A stretch of 64,000 nucleotides of DNA from Deltaproteobacteria bacterium (GTDB lineage: Bacteria > Desulfobacterota > GWC2-55-46), in contig JAIOIE010000021.1 of assembly GCA_019912665.1 (NCBI GenBank), positions 135,679 through 199,678 on the forward strand, read 5' to 3'. The notes under the pieces were generated by a model. That model did no database searches, was not told the origin of the DNA, and worked only from the letters and a program-made list of their open reading frames with translations. The position numbers were made by a program, and so were the translations under genes. Shown here in pieces: positions 48,020-57,234 of the stretch; position 1 is the stretch's first letter, and each line of letters starts with the position of its first letter.

Positions 48020-49402
48020 ATGAAGCTTACTTTCGTCGGCGGAGCGAGCACCGTAACAGGCTCCTGCTACCATATCGAGGTCGGAAAATTCAAATTCCTC
48101 GTCGAGTGCGGCCTTCACCAGGGCATAGGCTCCGATGAACTAAACAGGCACCCCTTCCCCTTCGACCCGGCATCGCTCGATTTCATATTCGTAACGCACG
48201 CCCACATAGACCATTCCGGGATGCTCCCGAGGGCAGTGAGGGACGGCTTTAAAGGGACGATAATCTCGACGGCGGCGACAAGGGACCTCCTTGAGCCCAT
48301 GCTCTATGACGCGGCGAGCATTCAGGAGAGCGACAGCGAATGGGCGACGAGAAAGGCGCTCCGCTCAGGCAAGCCCCCGCAAGAGCCCCTTTACACGAGC
48401 GAGGACGTCGAGCGGGTACTCCCCCTTTTCGAGATAAAGGAATACGACAAGGTCTATCACCTCGGCCCGGGCGTGAAATACCGTTTCCTGGACGCCGGGC
48501 ACATATTGGGCTCGGCCTCGCTTGAGATATGGTATCAGGACAGCGCCGAAGAGAAAAAGATAGTCTTCTCAGGCGACATCGGCAAGAAGGGCAACCCCAT
48601 AATAAAAGACCCATCGGCGCCTGACCTCGCGAATTACGTGGTGATGGAGTCCACTTACGGCAACAGGTCGCACAAGCCCCTCAATGAATCCATAAACGAG
48701 CTCGTTAGCGCCATCAAGACGACATTCAGGAAGGGCGGGAACGTCTATATTCCCTCCTTCGCGGTCGGCAGGGCCCAGGACTTACTCTATATTCTCAATA
48801 ACCTGGTGCGTGAGGGCCGTCTTTACAGGATAGACGTCTACCTCGACAGTCCCCTTGCCGAGGCTGTTACCAAGATCTATGTAGCCCATCCCGAATGCTT
48901 TGACGAGGAGGCGCGCCATCTCTTCACCACCAAGCAGTCTGATTCGTCGATAAGGCTCCATTTCGTCCGGACGGCCGAGGAGTCGATGAAGCTAAACAGG
49001 CTCCGCTCCGGGAACATCATCATAGCCGGAAGCGGCATGTGCGAGGGCGGCAGGATAAAGCACCATCTCAAGCACAACCTCTGGCGCTCGGAGTGCAGCG
49101 TCATCTTCGTCGGCTACCAGGCAAAGGGCACTCTCGGAAGGAAGATCGTGGACGGCGCGAAGTCCGTGACCGTTTTGGGAGAGGAAGTGCTCGTCCGCGC
49201 CTCCATCCACACCATAAACGGCTTTTCCGCCCACGCGGGCAGGGAGGGCCTGCTTGATTGGCTCTCGGACTTCGACGACTCGCCGGAGATATTCATCGTG
49301 CACGGCGAGGACGAGGCCGGGGAATCGTTCGCGGGGCTTATAAAGGAGAAGTACGGGTTTGCTACCAGGAGACCGCAGAACGGGGAGACGGTGGAGATAT
49401 AG
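48020..49402 (+). CDS. MBL-fold beta-CASP family RNA-metabolising hydrolase.
   Basis: 460 aa. HxHxDH motif (THAHIDHSG), beta-CASP motifs, and a C-terminal RNA-specificity-like region (GFSAHAGREGLLDW). GGAGGG SD. Confidence 0.85.
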   Translation: MKLTFVGGASTVTGSCYHIEVGKFKFLVECGLHQGIGSDELNRHPFPFDPASLDFIFVTHAHIDHSGMLPRAVRDGFKGTIISTAATRDLLEPMLYDAASIQESDSEWATRKALRSGKPPQEPLYTSEDVERVLPLFEIKEYDKVYHLGPGVKYRFLDAGHILGSASLEIWYQDSAEEKKIVFSGDIGKKGNPIIKDPSAPDLANYVVMESTYGNRSHKPLNESINELVSAIKTTFRKGGNVYIPSFAVGRAQDLLYILNNLVREGRLYRIDVYLDSPLAEAVTKIYVAHPECFDEEARHLFTTKQSDSSIRLHFVRTAEESMKLNRLRSGNIIIAGSGMCEGGRIKHHLKHNLWRSECSVIFVGYQAKGTLGRKIVDGAKSVTVLGEEVLVRASIHTINGFSAHAGREGLLDWLSDFDDSPEIFIVHGEDEAGESFAGLIKEKYGFATRRPQNGETVEI

Positions 49403-49409
49403 TTTTTTT

Positions 49410-49480
49410 GTAGGTGGGTTGAGCGAAGGGAAAACCCGACGATGTTCTTTGTAGGTTGGGTTAGCGCAGCGTAACCCAAC
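49410..49480 (+). repeat. Two REP-like hairpin elements beginning with GTAGG, upstream of the RAYT pseudogene.
   Basis: GTAGGTGGGTTGAGCGAAGGGAAAACCCGAC (imperfect) and GTAGGTTGGGTTAGCGCAGCGTAACCCAAC (a perfect 9-bp stem GTTGGGTTA/TAACCCAAC). Both carry a 5' GTAG as in REP sequences. Confidence 0.7.
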
Positions 49481-49491
49481 AAGAATACAAG

Positions 49492-49986
49492 ATGCAATAT
49501 CGGAGAACACAAACAAAAAGCGGCTCGTTCTTTTTTACCGTCGTGACTCATGAGAGGCAGCGGATATTATGCCTTGATGAAAACATCCTTCTTTTAAAGG
49601 ATGCATTCAGCCATGTCATGGCAAAGCACCCGTTCACCATCGACGCATTCGTTTGCCTTCCGGACCACATCCATTGCGTCTGGACCATGCCGGAAAACGA
49701 CGGGGATTTTTTCTACTCGCTGGCGTCTTATCAAGAGCCACTTCAGCGCACTGGTAGCGGGCAGACAATGAAGCAACCCGGACGGCTTCCCGCATAAAAA
49801 AGGCGAGCAGGGCATTTGGCAGCGGCGTTTCTGGGAACACAGCATACGGGACCAGAGTGATTTTAACCGGCATATCGAATATATCCATTACAATCCTGTC
49901 AGGCACGGGATTGTAAAGTCGCCCAGGGATTGGCCGTATACAAGCTTTCACGAATATGTAAATGACGGGACCTTAACCATCATTGG
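49492..49986 (+). pseudogene. REP-associated tyrosine transposase (RAYT, IS200/IS605-like Y1 HuH transposase) disrupted by a frameshift and an in-frame stop.
   Basis: Frame 1 (49492-49797) encodes MQYRR...FVCLPDHIHCVWTMPENDGD, containing the HuH motif. A T6 run at 49707-49712 shifts into frame 2, which continues FSTRWRLIKSHFSALVAGRQ, then an in-frame TGA at 49769-49771, then SNPDGFPHKKGEQGIWQRRFWEHSIRDQSDFNRHIEYIHYNPVRHGIVKSPRDWPYTSFHEYV (catalytic-Tyr region), ending at 49986. Confidence 0.8.
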
Positions 49987-50023
49987 GGAGCAGGCGAAAA
50001 TATAGAATTCGACGACTATGTCG

Positions 50024-50055
50024 GGAATGAATGATTGTTTTGGGTTACGCTTCGC
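50024..50055 (-). repeat. REP-like hairpin in inverted orientation downstream of the RAYT pseudogene.
   Basis: TTGGGTTACGCTTCGCTAACCCAACCTAC is the reverse complement of GTAGGTTGGGTTAGCGAAGCGTAACCCAA, giving the REP-RAYT-inverted-REP layout. Confidence 0.7.
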
Positions 50056-50241
50056 TAACCCAACCTACGAGACCATCATAAATCACAAAATATCCCCTGT
50101 AATTTAAAAAAGCTTGCGAAACTCAATAATTACACTCGACACACACCAGAGATGTATTGTTTTTAATTCGTTTAAATTAACGTTTGACAAAAAAAGTTTA
50201 AAATTATAGATTAAAACTTAATTAAATACTGGAGGGGCTAT

Positions 50242-51126
50242 GTGAAAAGATATTTCTTAATTGTTTGTGGGGTCTTTTTCTTGAATTGCAAAAATACAGC
50301 ATACGCTAATAATGCCCCTGAGCAAGCGACTTCTCCGACTGAAAGGACTCATCTTGAAGAAGTATTCACGCCATGCAAGAAAAAAAATGGTTCCGTTAAA
50401 GAAAATTGCAAAAAAACAGAAAAGCCTTATTATATTGATTTGATGATGGGGGTAGATTATGCATTAGAGGCTAAAGACGAGAATGGAAACAATACTCAAA
50501 ATAATTTTTCAGACGGTAAATTCAATATAGGGCTTACTGCGCATCAAAAATTTAATGCTTATGAAAGTGCAGATCTTTCCCTCTCATCATACCGTGGCTT
50601 TTTGACAGTGAAATTGGCTAGCGCTTCTGTTGAAATCCCAGAAAATGGAGATTCCCAGGTTTTGACTGAGCAAAGATCCTTAGGTATACAAGGAGGATTA
50701 TTTTGGGGATGTCGTTTAAATAAAGATAACCAGAGTTTAAATTTTCAAAGCTATGAAATAGGACCCATAATAAAATTCGGAGGACAAACTTCCGAAATTA
50801 AGGATCAATTAATTACAAGCGGATCTTTGCAGGTTAGGATTTTGCAGACAGGTAAATGGGTAAATGGGGCATATCTCGATGTAGGCTACGGTTTTAATGG
50901 AGCACTCGAGAACGAAGGCAGATGGAAACTAGATGCATTTTTGCCAATTGAAGGGTTACAGCTGAATGGTTCCTATCTAAATTTATTTTTAGCAACCAGC
51001 GTAGAAAGTGATTTGGGAAATAAAAAAGATTTAGTTACATTTAGCGTCGGAACGTTTATAGATTTTATAAGTCTGGGAAAAGCTCTAGGCAATATTTTCA
51101 GTGCAGCTGGAATAAATTTAAATTGA
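50242..51126 (+). CDS. Low-GC (foreign) lipoprotein, predicted beta-rich outer-membrane/surface protein of unknown function.
   Basis: GTG start preceded by a GGAGGGG SD. Signal peptide with lipobox (FFLNC). 294 aa rich in N/S/G/K with alternating hydrophobic patterns (GYGFNGALENEGRWKLDAFL..., LVTFSVGTFIDF). Local GC is visibly far below the flanking DNA. Confidence 0.7.
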   Translation: MKRYFLIVCGVFFLNCKNTAYANNAPEQATSPTERTHLEEVFTPCKKKNGSVKENCKKTEKPYYIDLMMGVDYALEAKDENGNNTQNNFSDGKFNIGLTAHQKFNAYESADLSLSSYRGFLTVKLASASVEIPENGDSQVLTEQRSLGIQGGLFWGCRLNKDNQSLNFQSYEIGPIIKFGGQTSEIKDQLITSGSLQVRILQTGKWVNGAYLDVGYGFNGALENEGRWKLDAFLPIEGLQLNGSYLNLFLATSVESDLGNKKDLVTFSVGTFIDFISLGKALGNIFSAAGINLN

Positions 51127-51367
51127 GTTGTTGAAAATTAAGAGTAACGATATGTAATCATGCTGCGAGTGCTGCGCGACACTGTTCTCATTTAAGCCGC
51201 TTTCTTGCTCTCCCTCACCTCCCTCTTTTTGAGTTTAGTCTTGCGCTGTGCGCGCCATTCCCAATGTACAGCCGATTAAACCTCTTGACTCCCCTCTCCA
51301 CCCCCTTACACTCTAAGTAAAGCCCCTTGTATCCGAAAATTGATTTAATCCGGCTTTTTCTCGAATC

Positions 51368-52312
51368 ATGCAAAAGATAAAGCTCGGCATAAGCTCGTGC
51401 CTTCTGGGAGAAAAGGTGCGCTATGACGGCACGCACCAGAGGGACAGGTACATAACCGACACCCTCGGGAAATACTTCGATTGGCTGCCGGTCTGCCCGG
51501 AGGTGGAGTACGGCCTTCCGGTGCCGAGGGAGGCCATGCGCCTGAAGGCAGGCCCCGAGGGCCAGCGCCTCGTGACCCGAAAGAGCGGCATGGACCACAC
51601 TGAGGGCATGCGCGCATGGGTGAAGGAAAGGCTCGACGAGCTTGAGAAGGAGAATCTGTCGGGCTTCATCTTCAAGGCCAAATCTCCAAGCTCCGGCCTT
51701 TACGGAGTGAAGCTCTATGGCCCTTCGGGGCCGCCTTCGAAAAAGGGGGTTGGGCTTTTCGGAGGCGCGTTCGCCGAGCGCTTCCCCCTTGTGCCTGCCG
51801 AGGACGACGGCAGGCTCCACGACCCGGCCCTCCGCGAAAACTTCATAGAGCGCGTCTTCGTGTACCGGAGGTGGCAGGAGCTGATGCGAAAGCCGGGTGC
51901 AGCCCGCCTCGTGGACTTCCATACCCGGCACAAGCTCCTCATCCTCGCGCACAGCCCGAAGCATTATGCGCTCCTTGGAAAGATCACAGCCAGGGCCGGA
52001 AAATCCAGGGCAGAAAAGCTATACTATGAATACGCCGGAAGCCTCATGGAAGGGCTCCGCATAGTCGCCACGACCAGGAAAAACACCAACGTCCTTTACC
52101 ATATCATGGGGTATTTCAAGGAAAGGCTCTCAGCCCCTGAAAAGAAGGAGTTGCTTGAGGTCATTGGCAACTACCACAACGGGCTTATTCCCCTTATCGT
52201 GCCGATAGTGCTCGTTAACCACTATGTCCTCCTGTTCAAAGAGCCGTACCTCGGGAGGCAATATTACCTTAACCCGCACCCGATAGAGATGATGCTAAGA
52301 AACCACGTGTAG
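51368..52312 (+). CDS. ybgA: DUF523/DUF1722 (YbgA-like; TudS-family Fe-S) protein commonly encoded upstream of photolyase.
   Basis: 314 aa. N-terminal DUF523 (MQKIKLGISSCLLGEKVRYDGTHQRD...CPEVEYGLPVPRE), then a C-terminal DUF1722-like region. Immediately followed by phr, as in ybgA-phr operons. Confidence 0.8.
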   Translation: MQKIKLGISSCLLGEKVRYDGTHQRDRYITDTLGKYFDWLPVCPEVEYGLPVPREAMRLKAGPEGQRLVTRKSGMDHTEGMRAWVKERLDELEKENLSGFIFKAKSPSSGLYGVKLYGPSGPPSKKGVGLFGGAFAERFPLVPAEDDGRLHDPALRENFIERVFVYRRWQELMRKPGAARLVDFHTRHKLLILAHSPKHYALLGKITARAGKSRAEKLYYEYAGSLMEGLRIVATTRKNTNVLYHIMGYFKERLSAPEKKELLEVIGNYHNGLIPLIVPIVLVNHYVLLFKEPYLGRQYYLNPHPIEMMLRNHV

Positions 52313-52318
52313 GAGCGC

Positions 52319-53659
52319 ATGTTCGAAGGAAGGTACGAGACCCTGAGGGAGGGAACTTCGCGGAAAGGCCCGGTCGCCTACTGGATGAGCCGCGACCAGA
52401 GAGCGCGTGACAACTGGGCGCTCCTCTTTGCCCAAGCGCTCGCAATCGAACGGAAGGCCCCGCTTATCGTGCTCTTCTCTCTAGCCCCGGCCTTTCTGGG
52501 GGCCGCGCTCAGGCAGTACGGGTTCATGCTCCGGGGGCTGAAGGAAGTCGAGGAAAGCCTTGCCGAGAAGTCCATCCCGTTTGTCCTCATAAAGGGCGAA
52601 CCGCCGGAAGCGGTGCCGAGCTTCATCAAGCGATATAAAATATCCGAGCTTGTTACCGACTTCGACCCCTTGAAGATAAAAAGGGGCTGGCAAGACGCCG
52701 TAGCCTCAAGGATAGACATACCCCTTCACATGGTAGACGCGCATAATATCGTGCCTTGCAGGATAGCCTCGTCAAAGCAGGAGTTCGCGGCGCGCACCTT
52801 CAGGCCCAGGATACAGGCAAGGCTCGGAGACTATCTCACCGATTTTCCCCGGTTAAGAAAGCACCAGCACCATATTGGGATCAAGGCCGGTTTCGACCTT
52901 GAAAAGACCATTTCCGGACTCGCCGTCGACAGCACGGTCAAAGAGGTGGACTGGCTGAAACCCGGAGAGACCGAAGCGGCTAAAGCGCTCGAAGACTTTA
53001 TGGAAAAGAAGCTCGACAGGTATGCCGAAGACAGGAACGACCCGACGAAGGACGGGCAATCAAACCTCTCGCCGTATCTCCACTTCGGGTATATAGCGGC
53101 ACAGCGCGTCGCGCTTCAAGTAATGCGAAAGGGCGCGGATGGTGAGGGCAAGAGGGCCTTCCTTGAAGAGCTTATCGTCAGGAAGGAGCTTTCGGACAAC
53201 TTCTGCCTTTATAACCGCGACTACGACAGCATAACGGGTTTTCCAGCCTGGGCAAAGAAGACATTGAATGCGCACGCGGGAGACAGGCGCGAGTTTATCT
53301 TCTCCCTCGACGAGCTTGAGAACGCACGCACCTACGACCCGCTCTGGAACGCCTCCCAGATGCAGATGGTGAAGACCGGGAAGATGCACGGCTACATGCG
53401 CATGTACTGGGCCAAGAAGATACTCGAATGGAGCGAATCGCCGGAGGCCGCGCTCAGGAATGCCATCTACTTGAACGACAAATACGAGCTCGACGGCAGG
53501 GACCCGAACGGGTATGCCGGGATTGCATGGGCCATAGGCGGGGTGCACGACCGCGCGTGGGCTGAAAGGAAAGTAACGGGGAAGATACGGTACATGAGCT
53601 ACAGGGGCAGCAGGTCGAAATTCGATGTTGACGCATATATCCGGAGGTGGGCCGGATGA
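52319..53659 (+). CDS. phr: Deoxyribodipyrimidine photolyase, class II CPD photolyase.
   Basis: 446 aa. The N-terminal GPVAYWMSRDQRARDNWALLFAQ is the class II photolyase signature. The C-terminal FAD-binding helical domain carries WAKKILEW and GYMRMYW motifs. Confidence 0.9.
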   Translation: MFEGRYETLREGTSRKGPVAYWMSRDQRARDNWALLFAQALAIERKAPLIVLFSLAPAFLGAALRQYGFMLRGLKEVEESLAEKSIPFVLIKGEPPEAVPSFIKRYKISELVTDFDPLKIKRGWQDAVASRIDIPLHMVDAHNIVPCRIASSKQEFAARTFRPRIQARLGDYLTDFPRLRKHQHHIGIKAGFDLEKTISGLAVDSTVKEVDWLKPGETEAAKALEDFMEKKLDRYAEDRNDPTKDGQSNLSPYLHFGYIAAQRVALQVMRKGADGEGKRAFLEELIVRKELSDNFCLYNRDYDSITGFPAWAKKTLNAHAGDRREFIFSLDELENARTYDPLWNASQMQMVKTGKMHGYMRMYWAKKILEWSESPEAALRNAIYLNDKYELDGRDPNGYAGIAWAIGGVHDRAWAERKVTGKIRYMSYRGSRSKFDVDAYIRRWAG

Positions 53660-53745
53660 AGGCCGCCACTTGACTACCACCTCCTTTGCTCTAAACTCTA
53701 AATAAGGCCCCTTCCCGCCCTCCCTCTCCAATTGCGAGGTTTTTC

Positions 53746-54582
53746 ATGGCCCGTCCCATCTGGAAAGGCTCCATAAGCTTCGGCCTGGTAAATATCCCTG
53801 TCGGTCTCTTTACAGCCGAAGGCAAGGAGAAAAAGCTCGACTTCCACCTCCTCGATAAGAACGACCTCTCGCCCGTGGGCTACAAAAAAATAAACAAGCG
53901 GACCGGGAAGGAGGTCGGCACCGGCGAGATGGTGAAAGGCTACGAGTTCGAACGGGGGCAGTATGTCGTCCTCTCCGAAGAAGACTTGAAGCGCGCCAAC
54001 GCCAAGGCCACCCAGACTGTCGAGATAATCGACTTCGTGGACTCGAAAGACATACACCCCATATTCTTCGAGAAGCCCTATTTCCTCGCGCCCGTGGGCA
54101 GGGGCGAGAAGGGTTACGCGCTCCTACGTGAGGCGCTTAAAAAGACCGGAAAGGCCGGGGTAGCAAAAGTCGTCATACACTCGAAGGAATACATCGGGGC
54201 CGTGGTCCCCTACGGAAAGGTGCTCGTCCTTGACCTAATAAGATACGCCGACGAGCTCAAAAAACCGGAAACTGTCGAGGTGCCTGAAGAGGACCTTAAA
54301 AAACTCGGCGTGACGGAAAAAGAGCTTGAGATGGCGGAAAGGCTTGTCGAGTCCATGATATCCGACTGGCAGCCTGACAAATACCACGACACCTACAGGG
54401 ACGAGCTCCTCTCATACATAAAAAACAAGATCGCCGCAGGCGAGACTGCCAGGGTCGAGGAGGCAGCAGCCCCGCCGCCCCCGCCCGCCGCGGAGGTCAT
54501 CGACCTCATGTCGCTCCTTAAGAAAAGCGTCGAGGAGACCGAGGCCGCGAAGGTCAAGGCCCGGAAGGCCTCGGGCGGGTAG
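53746..54582 (+). CDS. ku: Non-homologous end-joining protein Ku.
   Basis: 278 aa, MARPIWKGSISFGLVNIPVGLFTA..., Ku core beta-barrel with a C-terminal basic tail. Followed directly by ligD. Confidence 0.93.
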   Translation: MARPIWKGSISFGLVNIPVGLFTAEGKEKKLDFHLLDKNDLSPVGYKKINKRTGKEVGTGEMVKGYEFERGQYVVLSEEDLKRANAKATQTVEIIDFVDSKDIHPIFFEKPYFLAPVGRGEKGYALLREALKKTGKAGVAKVVIHSKEYIGAVVPYGKVLVLDLIRYADELKKPETVEVPEEDLKKLGVTEKELEMAERLVESMISDWQPDKYHDTYRDELLSYIKNKIAAGETARVEEAAAPPPPPAAEVIDLMSLLKKSVEETEAAKVKARKASGG

Positions 54583-54591
54583 CCCCGGCAG

Positions 54592-57162
54592 ATGGGGAGC
54601 GAAGCGCGAAACGACGGCCTCGGCGAATACCGCCGGAAGCGCGATTTCAGCCGCACCCCCGAGCCCGAAGGCCAAGTCGCCGAAGGCCCGGCGGGCGTAT
54701 TCGTCATCCAGAAGCATTCCGCACGAGCCCTCCATTACGATTTCCGTCTCGAACTCCACGGCACACTTAAAAGCTGGGCTATCCCCAAAGGCCCTTCCCT
54801 CAATCCCGAAGACAAGCGACTTGCGGTGCATGTTGAAGACCACCCGCTTGAGTACGCCGGTTTCGAGGGAGTCATCCCGAGAGGAGAGTACGGCGGCGGG
54901 ACTGTAATCGTTTGGGACAGGGGCTTTTGGCTGCCCGAAGAAGACCCGAACAAGGGACTTCAAAAAGGAGCGATGAAATTCATCCTTTCCGGCAAAAAGC
55001 TCCGGGGCAGGTGGGCGCTCGTGAGGCTTAAACCACGCGCGGACCAGACGGAGGAAAAGGACGAATGGCTCCTTATCAAGGAAGCGGACGGAGAGGCCAA
55101 CGTCACGGGCGATATAACGGCTGAAAGGCCGGAGAGCGCCGTAAGCGGGAGGACTATCGAAGAGGTCGCGGCGCTTCCCGAGGGCATATGGGGCGGCAAG
55201 GAGAATGCAGCCAGGGTTCTACCGTCCGAAGCGCAATACCGGAAAAAGCCCATGCCCGGAATGATGCGGCCCGCGCTCGCCACCCTGGTCGATGCGCCGC
55301 CAGCCGGTGAAGGATGGCTCCACGAGCTCAAATACGACGGCTACAGGATACTCGCGAAGATACGGGAAGGCAGCGTCCGGCTCATCACCCGTAACGGGAA
55401 CGACTGGACGGATAAGTTCCCGTCCATAGCCGGGGCGCTCTCCCGGCTTCCATTTGATGGGGCATGGCTCGACGGCGAGGTCGTATCCATGGGCGAGGAC
55501 GGACGAACGAGCTTCGAAGGCCTCCAGCACGCGCTCGCCATGAAGAGCGACGAGGGACTCACATACATGCTCTTCGACGTACTCTATTACAACGGCTATT
55601 CCCTTGAAGCCGCGCCCCTTTATGAAAGGAAGCTCCTCGTGGAGTCTATACTCAAATCCGAGAGGGCCGACAAGAGGCTCCTCCGTTTCAGCGGCCATGT
55701 GGAGGGCAAGGGCCCTGAGTTCTTCGAGCACGCCTGCGCCTACAGGATAGAGGGAATAATCTCTAAAAAGAGGGACGCGCCCTATGTGGAAGGGCGGTCC
55801 ATGTCGTGGCTCAAGGTGAAGTGCCTCTTAAGGGACGAGTTCATCATAGGCGGATACACGGAGGCCGGAGACGGGAGGAGGACAGGTTTCGGCGCGCTCC
55901 TCATAGGCGCATACGCCCCTGATGGAAAGCTCATCTACTACGGAAGGGTCGGGACGGGCTTCAGCGAACGGTCCATATCCGAGGTCTGGGAGCGCCTTAA
56001 GCCGCTTGAGACGCCGGAGCCTCCGTTCCATCACCCGCCGTCAGGTGCAGAGGCAAAAGGCGTGCACTGGGTAAGGCCGGAACTCGTTGCGGAAGTGGAA
56101 TACAGGCAGCGGACTGCGGAAGGCGTATTGAGGCACGCATCTTTCCAGGGCCTCCGGGAGGACAAGCCCGCAAGCGAGGTGGTCTCCGCGGACCCGCTCC
56201 GGGCAAAAGAGGCCGTGGGGCCGACTGAAGAAACGCTCGCCCCGCCGCCATCCATCGAGCCGGGGCCTGCCAGGATAATAAGGAGCGTCCGCGTAACAAA
56301 CCCCGGCCGGGTCTTTTACCCGGAGGAAGGGTACACGAAAGCCGACCTCATAAACTACTATGAAGCGGCCGCTCCTCTTATGCTCCCGCATCTTGCAGGG
56401 AGGCCCCTTACGCTCGTTCGCTGCCCCGACGGCATCGGAAAGGAATGCTTCTTCCAGAAGCACTCGGTCAATACCATTCCTTCGGAACTGAAGCGGATCG
56501 CCCTTGCCGAGAACGACGGCACGCAAGCCGAGTACCTGATGGTGGATACGCCAGAAGGCCTCGTGGCGCTCGCCCAGATAGGCGTGCTTGAAATTCACAC
56601 ATGGAACAGCCGCCATGTGAAAGTCGAGTACCCGGACAGGCTCGTCTTCGACATAGACCCTGACGAGGGGGTCGGATGGGACCGGCTTGTTGAGGCCGTC
56701 TTCCTCATGCGGGCGCTCCTTGAGGAGCTTGGATTAAAGAGTTTTGTCAGGGCTACCGGGGGCAAGGGGCTCCATGTCGTGGTCCCGGTCCTTCCGGTAA
56801 GGGACTGGGATGAGATAAGGGATTTTACCAGGGCTGTTGCGGAGTTCGTGGCCCGTGGCCTTCCGGACAGATTCACCTCCATGATGACGAAATCCAGAAG
56901 GGCCGGGAGGATATTCATCGACTACATGAGAAACATAAGGGGCGCAACCGCCATAGAGGCCTATTCGACCAGGGCCAAGCCGGGCGCTACAATCGCCGCG
57001 CCCCTCGGCTGGGACGAGCTCATGCTCTACGGGCCGGGCTCCTTTACGCTTGCCAATATGAAAGAGCGCATAAGGGAAGCCGGGAACCCCTGGGAAGGAT
57101 ACATGAACGTTAAGCAGCCTGTGACGATCGAGATGGAAGAGAAGATAGGGCTCCGGCGCTAA
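54592..57162 (+). CDS. ligD: Multidomain ATP-dependent DNA ligase D: phosphoesterase, ligase and polymerase/primase domains.
   Basis: 856 aa. N-terminal PE domain (FVIQKHSARALHYDFRLE...HVEDHPLEY), central ligase with motif I (ELKYDGYRIL), C-terminal LigD polymerase domain (VRVTNPGRVFYPEEGYTKADL...). Confidence 0.93.
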   Translation: MGSEARNDGLGEYRRKRDFSRTPEPEGQVAEGPAGVFVIQKHSARALHYDFRLELHGTLKSWAIPKGPSLNPEDKRLAVHVEDHPLEYAGFEGVIPRGEYGGGTVIVWDRGFWLPEEDPNKGLQKGAMKFILSGKKLRGRWALVRLKPRADQTEEKDEWLLIKEADGEANVTGDITAERPESAVSGRTIEEVAALPEGIWGGKENAARVLPSEAQYRKKPMPGMMRPALATLVDAPPAGEGWLHELKYDGYRILAKIREGSVRLITRNGNDWTDKFPSIAGALSRLPFDGAWLDGEVVSMGEDGRTSFEGLQHALAMKSDEGLTYMLFDVLYYNGYSLEAAPLYERKLLVESILKSERADKRLLRFSGHVEGKGPEFFEHACAYRIEGIISKKRDAPYVEGRSMSWLKVKCLLRDEFIIGGYTEAGDGRRTGFGALLIGAYAPDGKLIYYGRVGTGFSERSISEVWERLKPLETPEPPFHHPPSGAEAKGVHWVRPELVAEVEYRQRTAEGVLRHASFQGLREDKPASEVVSADPLRAKEAVGPTEETLAPPPSIEPGPARIIRSVRVTNPGRVFYPEEGYTKADLINYYEAAAPLMLPHLAGRPLTLVRCPDGIGKECFFQKHSVNTIPSELKRIALAENDGTQAEYLMVDTPEGLVALAQIGVLEIHTWNSRHVKVEYPDRLVFDIDPDEGVGWDRLVEAVFLMRALLEELGLKSFVRATGGKGLHVVVPVLPVRDWDEIRDFTRAVAEFVARGLPDRFTSMMTKSRRAGRIFIDYMRNIRGATAIEAYSTRAKPGATIAAPLGWDELMLYGPGSFTLANMKERIREAGNPWEGYMNVKQPVTIEMEEKIGLRR

Positions 57163-57171
57163 GCTGAAATG

Positions 57172-57200
57172 GAAAAAGGCCGGAGGTCATCCGGCCTTTC
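57172..57200. terminator. Bidirectional intrinsic terminator between ligD (+) and the FKBP gene (-).
   Basis: AAAGGCCGG AGGTCAT CCGGCCTTT, a 9-bp GC-rich stem flanked by an A-run and a T-run. Confidence 0.65.
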
Positions 57201-57234
57201 AAGCCCTGAAGAGTTTTCGAAACCAAAATCAAGG

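Noticed and set aside
51215-51964. 249-aa minus-strand ORF (and the nested 51366-51681 and 51715-51942 ORFs).
   Set aside because: It is antisense to the ybgA-like gene, whose sense frame has clear DUF523 motifs and an operon partner (phr).
54412-54963. 183-aa minus-strand ORF.
   Set aside because: It is antisense to the ku/ligD junction. Ku and LigD are unambiguous.
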